From Camelus ferus (Eukaryota), in contig NC_045696.1 in NCBI RefSeq assembly GCF_009834535.1, positions 86,864,001 through 86,928,000 on the forward strand: a stretch of 64,000 bases of DNA, in the 5' to 3' direction. The position numbers and the translations under genes are program-made. Below, piece after piece: positions 35,897 through 47,990 of the stretch (position 1 is its first letter; each line of letters opens with the position of its first letter). The notes beneath the pieces were generated by a model. That model saw only the letters and a list, made by a program, of their open reading frames with translations. It was not told the origin of the DNA and did no database searches.

Positions 35897-36968
35897 AGAA
35901 GAATAAAATCCATATAATCATCTCAATAGATGCAGAAAAAGGTTTTGACAAAGTTCAACATCCATTTATGATAAATACACTTCAGAAAGTGTAGGGAACA
36001 CACCTCAGCATAATAAGGGTCATATATGACAAACCCACATCTAATATAATACTAATATCATGGTGAAAAGCTGAAAACATTTCCTCTAAGATCAGGAATA
36101 AGACAAGAATGTACACTCTTGCCACTTTTATTCAACAAAGTTTTGGGAGTCCTAGCCACATCATTAACAGAAGAAAAAGGAAAGAAATCCAAATTGTAAA
36201 GGAAAAAAGTAAAACTCACTGCAGATGACATGATACTATACCTAGAAAATCCTAAAGATGCCACTAGAAAACTACTAGAGCTCATCAATAAATTCAGTAA
36301 AGTTGCAGGATACAAAATTAATGTACAGAAATCTGTTGGATATCTATACACTAAGAGTGAAATATTATAAAGAAAAATTAAGGAAATAATCCCATGTACT
36401 GTCATATCAAAAAATAATACTTAGGAATAAACTTACCTAAGGAGGTAAAAGACCTGTACTCAGAAAATCGTTAAGATATTGATGAAAGCAATTGAAGACA
36501 ACACAAACAAATGGAAAGATATACTGTGTTCTTGGCCTGGAAGAATCAACATTATTAAAATGACCATCATATCCAAGGCAATCTACAGATTCAATGCAAT
36601 CCCTGTAAAATTACCAATGGCATTTTTCAGAGAACTAGAACAAAAATATTTTAACTTGTATGGAAACACAAAAGATCCTGACTAGCTAAAAAAATCTTGA
36701 GAAAGAAGAACAGAGCTAGAGGAAACACTCCCTGACTTAAGACTATACTACAGAGCTACAGTAATCAAAACAGTATTTTACTGGCACAAAAACAGACACA
36801 TAGATCAACAGATCAGACACATAGATCAACAGAACAGAAGTAAACCCACACACTTGTGGTCAATTACTCCATGACAGAGGAAGCAACAATATACAATGGA
36901 AAAAAGGTATTTTCTTCAATAAATGGTGCTGGGAAAACTGGACAGCTACTTGTAAAAGAATGAAATTA
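35897..36968 (+). mobile_element. L1 ORF2 reverse-transcriptase region fragment
   Basis: ATCATCTCAATAGATGCAGAAAAA (IISIDAEK); GCAGATGACATGATACTATACCTAGAAAATCC ([11 protein letters not shown]); [21 protein letters not shown]. Confidence 0.92.
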
Positions 36969-37021
36969 TTTTTTATTGTTTTCATTTTTTTCATTTCATT
37001 CAAAAGAATAAAATCTAACAC

Positions 37022-37120
37022 TATATATATATATATATGTATATATGTATATATATATATATGTTTTTGTTAACATATATATATGTTTTTGTTAACATAT
37101 ATATATGTTTTTGTTAACAT
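37022..37120. repeat. (TA)n run followed by a 3 x 22-bp minisatellite
   Basis: Unit ATATATATATGTTTTTGTTAAC ends at 37074, 37096 and 37118. Confidence 0.92.
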
Positions 37121-37349
37121 CATTTTGTCCTGGATAATTATTACTCAGGTGTTGTTTTTTAATAAATCATTCAGCTGTACAATATTTGTGAGCTTTTCTA
37201 TATGTCTTATGTTATTAATAAAATTCTATTTAGAAAAAGAAACACAAAAGCCACACTGAGTTAGTTATAAATGTGACCAAAATTTTAGCTGTTTAAATGG
37301 TTTTTAATCATTATTATTTTTTGTGTGTGTGTCTGGAGAAAATAATTCA

Positions 37350-38732
37350 TGTTTGGAAGACTTCTGGAGTGACTTCCTGAATTTCATTGTGTGTCTGCTC
37401 ACCAGTGAAAGAACCAAAATTGGTAAAAACTATAAAAACAAAGCATTTAAAGTCTCTGGAATTTGTTCTGAGGATATACAACATAAGAAGAAATTATTGC
37501 AGAAAATCTTCCAAATTTCCATAAGAATAGTGATAGTCCATATGGCACTTGAGCCATATCCAACTCTACTCCATCCCATCCCCCATGCCCAAGCACATCA
37601 ACTCAGCATGGCAGAAGGTCCAGATCAGATGAAAGTGGCCACCAAGTCAGTGCACCCTCTTCCCATGTTTCAAGTAAAGGGCTACAGTATCTTCCCAGAG
37701 CGACAGGCACTGAGCATTTATCATCTGCTCCAGCTCATGCTGAAGACGCTCTATTCCATGCAAAAACAGCTAAAGCTAAGATACCTGGGATTCTCTTTCT
37801 CCACCCAGCCCACAGACATAGATAATTGTCCTACCAGAGTCATTCCACGTTACTAGAGAGTAATGAAGCTGTCCTAAGGAAACTGACTGTAGTTAGAACA
37901 GAGTTTGTGGAAGTTCACTGCATTAAGTTAAAGAATTAAGAGAACTTTAAATGAAGATATGATGGTAAGCAATTAGCCACCAGAGAAATGCAAATAAAAA
38001 CCACAAACAGATACTCCTTCACACCCACTAAAATTAAAAAGTCAGTTAATAACAAGTGTTAATGAGAACATGAAGACTTCAAAACCCTCATATACTGCTG
38101 AAAGAAATGCAAAATTGTGCATTTGCTTTAGAAAAGAGTCTGGCAGTTTCCCTAAATTTAAACACAGAGTTATCTTAAGACCCAGAAATTCCTCTCCTAG
38201 GTGTATGACCAAGAGAATGGAAAACAAAAATCCCCACAAAAACATGTACACAAACATCTACAGAAACATTATTTATAATAGCCAAAAATGTAGAATCAAC
38301 CTGAATATTTATCACCTTATGAATGGATAAATAAAATGTGGTATATTCATAAAATGGAATACTATTTGGCCATAAAAATAATAAAGTACTGATACAAGTT
38401 TCTACTTTGTTGAAACCTGAAACATTATGTTAAGTGAAAGAAGTTAGTCCCACTATACACATATCATATCAGTGTGTTAATGCCCAGAATAGGTAAATCT
38501 ATAGAGGCAGAAAGCAGATTAATCACTTCCTAGGGCCACAAGGGTTGGAGAGAAATGAGGGTGTGAATGAGTCTTAGTGGCTAAGGATCTTTTTGAACTT
38601 GGGGAGAATGAAACATTCTAAAACTGACTGTGGTAATAGTATTGTGCAATTCTTCGAATGAACTTAAAAAGTGTGTACTTTAAATAGTTGAGCTTATGGC
38701 AGATTAATTATACCTCAATAAAGCTATTTAAA
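37350..38732 (+). mobile_element. Old L1: L1M4-like 5' region joined to an L1MB-like ORF2 end and 3'UTR
   Basis: 5' part AAGCATTTAAAGTCTCTGGAATTTGTTCTGAGGATATACA...; from about 37970 ATTAGCCACCAGAGAAATGCAAATAAAAACCAC through TACCTCAATAAAGCT. Confidence 0.75.
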
Positions 38733-39129
38733 TTCACCTTTTTATGCTAAAATTATTTTATAAATAATTACACTTTCTACCAACTATTTCTCTCCTATCA
38801 TGTACTAGTAACTTTACACAGTATCTTAAAAGCACATAATAACCAGGTAAAATAGATATCTTTATGACAGTTTGGCAGAAGAAGAATTAAGCCCAGAGAA
38901 TACAATTTCTCAGAATCACATGTCTTCTGTGGTATAAAATTTGAATTATGAATTTAGAACTATCCATGCTAACAACTTTTGTTTTAGTACACTAAGCTAA
39001 CTCTCCTATAATTTATTTTGAAGAACATGAATAAACAACTGCATAAATCCTGCTTAATAAAACATTATATTTTTATTCATTCTTTCATTCAATTGCTCAA
39101 TAAATATTTACTGAATTCCTACTACTGTA

Positions 39130-39292
39130 TGTTTGAAATATTGTGAGAATTACCAATATGTGACACAAAGTAAGCAAATGCTGTTGGAAAAACAGTCCCA
39201 GTAGGCAATGCTTGATGCATAGTTACTACAGTCAATGTGTATAAAACACAGTATCTACAAAGTGCAATAAAGAGAAGCACAAGGTGTGCCTA
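39130..39292 (-). mobile_element. Tigger1 (TcMar) 5' terminal fragment
   Basis: GTTTGAAATATTGTGAGAATTACCAATATGTGACACA...GCTGTTGGAAAAA...CAGTATCTACAAAGTGCAATAAAG...AGGTGTGCCTA followed by TA. Confidence 0.85.
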
Positions 39293-39294
39293 TA

Positions 39295-39640
39295 TTGCCA
39301 AGTGAAAAACAATAAATTGCAGAAACACACATGTAGTAGAAAGCCAATTCCCTATAAATGGAAACTACATGTTGATATGTATGTATATGTATATACTACA
39401 TATGTGTGTGTGTGGTGTGTGTGTGTGTGTGTGTGCGTGCGTGCGTGGTGGGTATATCAACATGCATATGTGTGAGCATGTCAGGAAGGATAAACAGTAC
39501 ACTGTCAACAGTGTTACTCAAAGCATGATGAATGTTAGGGGTAAGTGCTTTTAGATTTTCTTTTAAACACTTCTATATTGTTTTATTTTTTAAAAAAAAT
39601 TAATTTTGTATACTTATAATTAACACACATTTAAATAAAA
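39295..39640 (+). mobile_element. L1ME-type 3' end with internal TG/TGCG microsatellite (about 39403-39446)
   Basis: AAGTGAAAAACAATAAATTGCAGAAA...GGAAGGATAAACAGTACACTGTCAACAGTG. Confidence 0.55.
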
Positions 39641-41220
39641 TAAAAGAGAAAGTTTGTTTATTTATACTTGGATTTAAAGCCTGAACAGGAACTTCCCTTT
39701 TGTTAAATAGACTCTTCCTTGAGAACAAATATTAAGTCAATATGATTGAACTGTGTATCTCCAGCTCTTGACACATGGAATACCACAATATGCACTTGAT
39801 AAATAATTTTAGAATACATGAAAAGCTTCAAAAGTGACCCTCAGGGCTTTTACTGGAAACTGTCAATACAAACCACCACTGAAGACCACCAATAAGAGCA
39901 TAAAACGGTACATTTCCTATTGTAGAGTCACTGTTGCTCAGCAGCCTCCAGCTAGCTCTTCAGTACTAATATGAACTAGTTGTTGAGGGAAGCACAAAAG
40001 CTATCAATATTGCCACTGAAGATCACTGAAGGAAACTTCACTGGATTAGATACTTAAAAAGATGGGGTAGCAATATCAGTGACCTATAGAAATCTTGATA
40101 TATACTTTATCTTTCAGATTATCTGTATGAAACTTGATCCCGTCTGAAAAAGATAGTTGTAATATATTATATTACATATATTAATAATAAATTATTTTCT
40201 AATGAAACATTTTTTCTTCTCTTCCTTTTTTTCTTTTCCCTCTGTCCTCTCTACCTTCCTTTCTCTCTTTCTCCCTTTCTTTATTTCTTTCTTATGACAG
40301 TTCTCTGAAAAATTCAAAATCTGTTATTCACCATGATTGACTTTCCATTAACTGTTCTGACTGCTTTATTGAAGAAAATTCATGATGAAGGGAAAATATT
40401 CATGTGAGTTGATAAAAAAAGTACTTGCCAGATTGTAAGAAGTTTTATATACAACAGAGTAAAATATGATTTAATTAGAAACAAAAAGTCTGTTTCCTAG
40501 GACTGCAGTAAAGTAAACTTTTGAATTTAGGGGCCAGATGGTTGTCTAAAATAGAGCATATTTTAGATTCTTTGGTAGCAGCAAAGTAGACTTAAATCAA
40601 CTGGATGAGAGGTTCACTTTAATCAGGTCAACCAACAGTTGTTACATCAAAGCTGATTGAAATTCAGAAAGTCAGTGAAATAAAAAAAGTAATTCCCACA
40701 TTCCAACCTTCTACTGAGATAAAGCATTTCTCAGTTGTTTCCCATTTCTCTGTTTAAAATTTGCTCATGTCATGGAAATTTACTCAATGTTTCACAGAAG
40801 TAGCAATTTAAATACAAATAATCAAACAAATAAACCTGAAAGAGATAATTAACAAATCAAATTTATTCGAAGCCATGATGGTACTCAGAATATTTACATG
40901 TTATCAAAACTAACTCTACTTTAATCATTTCTCTTTATTTAATGATTTTGAAATATACTTTATATCAGTATTAGAGGAGTCAACATTAAATAAGTAAAAA
41001 AGAAACAAAGAGTTTAACTTCAAAATCATTCTGAAAACACACTAGAATTCTTAAACTATTTCTTATTACAGACTTTGAAGTTGGAATATTAGCAATTGCC
41101 TTAATTTCCCTGATCTTGAGTTTATACATATGACACTGGCAATGTGACCAAATAATTGTTGAAAATGTTCATTTGACTATTTCCTCACTGTCAGTTATCA
41201 TACCAGGTAAAAAATAAAAT

Positions 41221-41420
41221 ATTCATACATTTGATCATTCACTCAGCAGATAAGTATTGAGCATCTACATGTGAAATAAACTCTTTGAGAGGTGAGGATG
41301 CAGAGAAAACAAAGATATGAAGTCCCTTTTCTCAAGGCACTTGTATTTGATTGTGACTAAAAAGGCAGAAAATAAATGTATCAAGAAATGTGTGAGTAAT
41401 AAGTTGTCAAAAGAAAATAA
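41221..41420 (-). mobile_element. L2 3' end
   Basis: CATTCACTCAGCAGATAAGTATTGAGCATCTACATGTG...GTCCCTTTTCTCAAGGCACTTG. Confidence 0.7.
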
Positions 41421-42220
41421 TGCAATGGACCAGAGAGTTTGAGCAAGCTTTCTCCGTTGAAAAAGAGAGTTAAAAAGTGAAGGAGACAAATTTTTAACAA
41501 GGTTGCCTTGGAGGTGGCATGAAAGAATTGGCTTTCATATAATTGATGATACCTTTTATTTCTTTAAATTACTCAATTTTGTTTTAAAGATTTGAACGCT
41601 ATTTTTTAAAACATTGAATGGAATAATAGATATTTGTGTATGAGAGAAAGTTTTGAAAATGCAAGAGAAGTAATATAATCAATATATTAACTTTTGAGTA
41701 GAAAAGGAACACTATCCGTTACAACAGGATTCTGAGAGTAAAATGTGAATGAATATACTGGTAAATTTCTCAATGTTTATTTAATTATGGTTGTGAATTC
41801 AGAAGGATGGTTATCCGCTGGAACTAAAAGGTAGTAAGATTAGGAGGATGATGTACATGGAGAAATTAGATCCTGGAGAATATGGGAGACAATAACTAGG
41901 AAAATGAGAAAATACTGAGAGGAGGATAATTTGCACTGGAGAACTTGAATTTAGTGCATCATTAATTAATCAATTGACCTATCAGTCAGTGACTTCCTCC
42001 TCCCCTCCACTTTGCTGATCTTCCCTCCTAGAAGAAATAATTCTATCTATAGAGCAAGGCTGAAAGATTTCTGAGATATACTTTTGAAATTTTAGTTAAG
42101 TAATATATATATTTAATTTTATTACATGTTACACATAATAAATAACATATACCATATATATGGCATATACTCATGTGTGTGTCAAAGGCTTTTACTATAA
42201 GGAAGCTACTTCACATTAAC

Positions 42221-42360
42221 TTCTTTGTTTTTTGGGGGGGGTTCATTAGGTCTATTTATTTATTTATTATTAGTTTGTTTTTTAATGGAGGTACTGGGAA
42301 TTGAACCCAGGACCTTGTCCATGCTAACCATGCCTTCTACCATTTGAACTATACCCTTCA
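42221..42360 (-). mobile_element. tRNA-derived SINE, camelid Vic-1 type
   Basis: ATGGAGGTACTGGGAATTGAACCCAGGACCTTGTCCATGCTAACCATGCCTTCTACCATTTGAACTATACCC; same family as 32855-32985. Confidence 0.9.
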
Positions 42361-43248
42361 CACCCATATCAATTTTTTAAAATATATGTTATATTTTTAA
42401 AAATTTGCTTTAAGTATATTTTGCTAATAGGTTGAAAAAATCTACAAATCAAGTGTAGCTTAGGAGCATAATGATTTATCAACAGACTGACCTTTCAGAT
42501 TTTTTCAATATATAATCACACTACTGTATTTTTTCTAGTAATAAAATTGTTACTTTATTATTTTTCTTTTTCTTTAATGTTTTATTTCTTACTACCTTAG
42601 ACAATTTTCTCTTGATTATGAGAAGTGAATGGCATTTGCACATCCTTTCTATGAAAAAAAGATCAAAATAAAGGTAAGGACACACGTTTCTAATTCTAAA
42701 ATATATGCTATTAGTTTTTCCTTAGATTTATATAAGCTTTTTGAAAATATTCTCCCCTAAAGGTCAGAATCCCCATAGGTCAATACAATGGACGATGGAC
42801 AATGGACAATGGACAAGATACAACTTGCTACAAAGACAGTTGGGAATTTGGTGGCCTGGCATGGTCTACGAATAAAAAGATTTTATATTTGTATCCTAAT
42901 TAACATTCTATCCTTAAGTCTTATATATTTTTTGACAGGACTGTATAGTTTGGGGACATTTAATTAAATTATTTGTAAAATCAAACTACAGTTAAGTTTA
43001 ACTTAAATAGCAGTATAAAAGAGTATTATATAATATTTAGCAATTCTAGAGGAATAAAAATAGCAGTCATTTGTAAACGTCAGATATATCCTGTACATGT
43101 TTTCGGGAGAGGATTTTTCGGTAATTTTTAAACCATACTCTTAAAACAGTGATATGCATTTTAATACTTTTTGCCCTTTGTTTAATGAGGTTAAATATAG
43201 CAAATAATGTTACAGACCTTTTTTTTTTTTTTTTAATTCTAAGAAAGT

Positions 43249-43727
43249 AATGACAGAGACCGGTAGTTTCCCTCAATATCCACTCTCCCCCTAGTAAGGG
43301 ATATCTGAGTTTCACTGTGCTTAGTGCTACGTAACTAGCAAGAACATTTTACAGCCCCTCTTGCAGCAAGAACTTAATATGGAATTCAGTCTTGTTCAGT
43401 GGGATGTGAAGGAAAATTATATGTACAACTTATTAATCATATCCTTCATGGGAAGCTGTTTTCCTTTTTCCTCTTCCCTCCATCCTAAGAGCTGGTATGG
43501 AGAAAGGGTGTAATGAGCCAGCACTGGCTGTGCAGATGAGGATGATGAAGCAGGAAGGGAGAAGGAGCCTGTGCACTTGTATGACCTTCAGTAGCTGAGG
43601 TGCCCTGACCCATAAACCCCTATCAGCTTAGACTTCCTTGTGCTTGAGAAAATGAATCTTTTATCCTGATTAAGACACAGTTATTTGCTCTCTAGTAAAG
43701 CAATTAAATAAATATCCCAGCTAATAA
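43249..43727 (+). mobile_element. Ancient ERVL LTR (LTR33-like)
   Basis: CAATATCCACTCTCCCC...CAGCCCCTCTTGCAGCAAG...GAAGGAGCCTG...TATCCCAGCTAATA. Confidence 0.65.
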
Positions 43728-43864
43728 AGAACGTGAATTTTAAAAATCTACAAACATGAGATCTGCAGCTCTGTTTAAATATTGTAGCTTTATACCCTAT
43801 TACTGAAGAATATATTTTGTTAAAAATAAATAATATTTTATTAAAATGGATCACACAATAGGAT

Positions 43865-44411
43865 TGAGGTGGGAAGCCCCATAAAAAAGACTGGCAGGAC
43901 CCCCAGGCAGGGCCACTACTCTCCTGCCAGCACCATCTGGTTCCCTGGCCCAGAAGCTTTATCTCACTTTTTGCCTCTGAAACAGCTAACTTCTAGGAAA
44001 GTGGAACTTACCCGTAAAATTCTATTGGTTCCCTGAGCTAACTCCTGATTGGTCCATTTGTAGTGCTTCATTTGCATGGAGCTCACTCCTAATTGGTATC
44101 TCTCTCACTCCTGATTGGTTATTTCTCTCCCTCATGATTGGTCCATTTCTACAAAGCTTGTTCCTAATTAGTCAACTTTTGTTATACCTTATTTGTATAT
44201 GATGTTGCAAAATGTAAACTGGCAGTCTATAAAAGCCCATATAAACCTACAGACAGGGGTCCAGAGCTTGGAGTGTTAACTCCTCTGGGCCCACTGGCAT
44301 AATAAACCTGAGTTCTCCAACTCTCAGAATGCTGCTTGGTCTCTCGCCTGGATCCAGGTTGCTATTGCAACTGAGATGTAACACTGAGCTATAACACACT
44401 TTTCTGCCACA
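43865..44411 (+). mobile_element. Complete ERV1-type solo LTR with CCAAT-box array
   Basis: TGAGGTGGG...GCCACA termini; TSD GGAT (43861-43864, 44412-44415); TATAAAA 44228-44234; AATAAA 44301-44306. Confidence 0.85.
43991..44234 (+). promoter_or_regulatory. LTR U3 promoter motifs: GAS, five inverted CCAAT boxes, octamer, TATA
   Basis: TTCTAGGAA 43991-43999; ATTGG at 44024, 44048, 44092, 44114 and 44137; ATTTGCAT 44070-44077; TATAAAA 44228-44234; activity untested. Confidence 0.55.
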
Positions 44412-45569
44412 GGATAACAGTGTTCCCCTTTACATAAACATTGATGTTCAGATGATTTGATGCTTTATTTTTTAAACACCTAAATAAATATGGTCTTAAA
44501 TCTATCATTTTTCTTTTGGTAACATTAGAGGTAGATATATAAAGCTTACTTCTGAAATACCTTTCATCTGCCCAAGCTCCAGAACTGGAACCCAGGGCAT
44601 TCTCTCCCATCACTCTCTCTTATATGGCTGCACTCACAATCATGCACAGCACTCAGGCATGAATAGTTAAGAATGTCAGGCAAGCCAACACTCCAATGCT
44701 TATTTCTATGGGATTAGGGATCAGTTTCTGAGGTCTCTTACCACTCCTTTCCACTTCCCATTTCAAGCAATTTATTGTTACTATACCACATGCAAGTAAA
44801 TCCAAGCAGTTATCCTGGTCTCTTAGACAGGGACGGAGGAACACTGATGAATTCCATGGGAAACCAAGGGAGACAGGTTGAGTTTATTTCTCTAAGAATG
44901 AAACTGATCTCTTTAAAAATAAGATAATTCTGAAGACAAACCTTGAAATGCACTGTCAAAGCTACAAGATTGAAGAAAATCAGAGGTTATAGATTATTCA
45001 TTAATAATTTAGACAATCCTTTTTGCCCAAATGTTAAGGCATAGAAATAACATATATACATTCTTTCATCTTTGATTTCTATGTTAGAAACAACAAACTT
45101 TAAAGGAATAACAACTAACACGGGCCTGTTATATTATTTGTGCTTTACTGTGTTATATTATTCTGTCTGAAGGGGATCCCAGAAACAATTGTCTGGGACA
45201 GAATTCTCAAATTTTGTTCTCAGTGTTCTAAGACTCCAATAAGAAGGGGGATGGAAGGTAAGAGCAGGTGGTGGAGAAATAACTGGCCTCTAGTAATAAT
45301 TAGTCATATGAAGTAACATTCATAATTACAGCTTCAAATGATGAGGAACATCTGCTTTATAAATATATTTAATTTGAAGAAAAGACTTGAGTTTTGACTG
45401 AATAAAAAACATTTAGGACATTTCAAATATTGAAATTTTAAATGATTCAGCTTCCTTATCATTTATTTTCTTTATAATTTTGGAATCAGGAAAGATAAAA
45501 TCAATTAAAATTTCACCCTATGTTTAAATTTGGTTGTCCTCTCTGAGTCCTCCAAACATAATATACATA

Positions 45570-45735
45570 ACATCTTTATCACAGTAAATAAAAAACCTTC
45601 TTGTAATAGTTTGTTTCTCCTATCAGCTAAGAGGTCTAATATAGTCAGGATCAAATTTTGGAATCATGTTAGAATTTGCAGTCTTTAACACAGTGGCTGC
45701 CACATATTAGGTGCTAAATCATTGTTAATGGAGTA
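45570..45735 (+). mobile_element. L2 3' end
   Basis: TTTAACACAGTGGCTGCCACATATTAGGTGCTAAATCATTGTTAATG. Confidence 0.55.
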
Positions 45736-47059
45736 CCTAAATTAATTAAAGTATCCAGTACATATAATTTTCAGATTAATATTAGAAGTGCCTCCACATA
45801 TGTACATAACAGAGCTGAGTTTCTATCTCAAATGAGCTCTGCATAAAAAGGAGAGAGAAATGTCCACTGAACATGTTGGAAACTACATGGAAGTCTTCTA
45901 AAATTGAAGCCATTGGCCCAGAGAACATAGGATTCTCTTTAGGGAGATAAGGGCAGGAAGGGACTCTTAGATAAGACAATCATCTTATAGAACAATCATC
46001 TTCCATGACAACATGATACAGAAATCATTTTCCAGGATGATGTATTCCTTACCATTCAGCAAATGAAGAAGCAAATCTGGAAATTCTAGGGACCTACTTA
46101 GCAAGATAGGGGAGATTCCAGTTTCTCAAATAAAGCAAAGTAATTAGGAAAGATTCCAGCTTTTCAGTTAAAGCAATTTGAAATCAGCTTATTTGCTCCA
46201 AGAAGTTGTCAATTTTCTACTGCCAAAAAAGAAATAGCAGACTGGATGCTGTAGAGAGTTTATAGAAGCCTTGTGAGGCACGATGCCTTATTCAATTACA
46301 GCATCAGCAGCTCAACTTAAATATGATCATTTATAATAGCCTATATTACTTGTTCCATAATATTCTAGTACTTAAGGAGCTCATCTAAAACTTTACCCTA
46401 AAAGTTACAATAAATTGTCTTTACTATTTCCTCTTGTGTTTTATTTTTCCACCTGTCTTTTTCTAGTCACTTATTACAGATCACTTATTACACTTATTTT
46501 CACAATTCGAGTCTGAAAGATACGTAAGACACAGTTCTTGTAAGTTAAATTGTCACAATTACCATTATATAAAATATATTTTGACAAACAAATTCTGGTG
46601 GCTGTTATTTGCCATGAGATTTTACCACAGTCAAAACACGTTGGTTTATTTGTATCACTAAATCACTAGATGATTCCAGACTAATAGAAATGAGCATTAT
46701 GTATTACGTCATTGAACTTAGATATGTTGAGGTCGTTAAGATGGTATGTATCTGTAGTCAATAAACTATTTCACTTCAGAATATTGAACTCTGTACTAAT
46801 TGTCTTGTAACTAAGTAGTTTGTATGTCTAATAAAAATCTACAAAATATTACTTATAAGCTAACATTTCACATTTGATGAATTATACTACTTTCTGTTGT
46901 CACAAGCACGTATATCAACAGTGTACAATGGACAATGTATATAAGCAATGTAATCTTTGCTTTTCCATATATGTTAAAGGCTATTAAAAACCAACATGAT
47001 ATAGATTCTGGCAAAAACAATAACAGTAGTATAATGAAAATATCAGTCTTTGAAATAAA

Positions 47060-47180
47060 GCTTGAGGTAATTTCTGAGCTTAGACTTAATTTCTCTCAGT
47101 CTCATGTACCTCATTTGTAAAATAGAGACAACGATGCTTTCATCATAGGGTTGTTGTAAAAATTACCAAAAATAAATTAC
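47060..47180 (+). mobile_element. MIR SINE core
   Basis: ACTTAATTTCTCTCAGTCTCATGTACCTCATTTGTAAAATAGAGA...CATAGGGTTGTTGTAAAAATTA. Confidence 0.75.
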
Positions 47181-47399
47181 TTTTATTGCTTATCACTTCA
47201 CAGGCCCTCCATGAGTGACGGCACAGTTTTCCTCCTTGGCATTTACTTCTAGTAAAATAAGGTGAACTTACATAAGGAATTATCTAAGAATGAAGATTAG
47301 AGACTTTTTAATTCATATTATCAACTAGGAAAGAATCTCAACTGAGAATTCTACAAGAAAGAGAGTTCACCAGGTATTCAATGTGACCCTGATAACATT

Positions 47400-47990
47400 A
47401 CCTGCACTGGGGATATAGTAAGAAACCAGGAAGACAAAGTTCATCTTCTAAAAGAGATTCTGTTATATTAAAGAGGGGATAAACAACTAACAAGTAAATA
47501 AGCAATGATAATTTCATGTAAATATAACTATAACAAGAAAAATAAAAAGAGCATTTGTATAGAGAGTGATTCTGAGGAATGGGACATAAATTACTTTGGA
47601 AAGAATTTCATGGAGGACATTTAAGATGTGATGTTTTCATCTAAAATCTAAATGATGAGAAAACTGCTATGTAATAATATGGAAGGAAACAATTCCAGGC
47701 AAAGAGAGAAGCAATTTGCAATTCCTTAATATAAGAATGAACATTGTTTTAAAATGAAAACAAAATAGCTCCACATGGCTGGTGTGCAATGAAGGATAAC
47801 TTCAAAGATCTGGCAGGAGCTATATCATATACAGCTTATAGTCAATGATGAGGAGTTGGGTTTTGTTCTAAGTAAATGGGATATGATTTTTTAACATGTT
47901 AAAAATAATATTCTAGCTATTTGTAGAAAATGAAGGGCAAGTGAAAAAAAAGAGTAAATTAGAAGGTTGATTCATAGCTCCTGGGAAGCA
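47400..47990 (-). mobile_element. L2a fragment
   Basis: GCACTGGGGATATAGTAAG...ATTCCAGGCAAAGAGAGAAGCAATTTGCAA...GAGGAGTTGGGTTTTGTTCTAAGT. Confidence 0.75.

Noticed and set aside
37323..37856. Longest ORF (177 aa) as a protein-coding gene
   Set aside because: Non-ATG start, no recognisable domain, and it lies within an old L1 5' region
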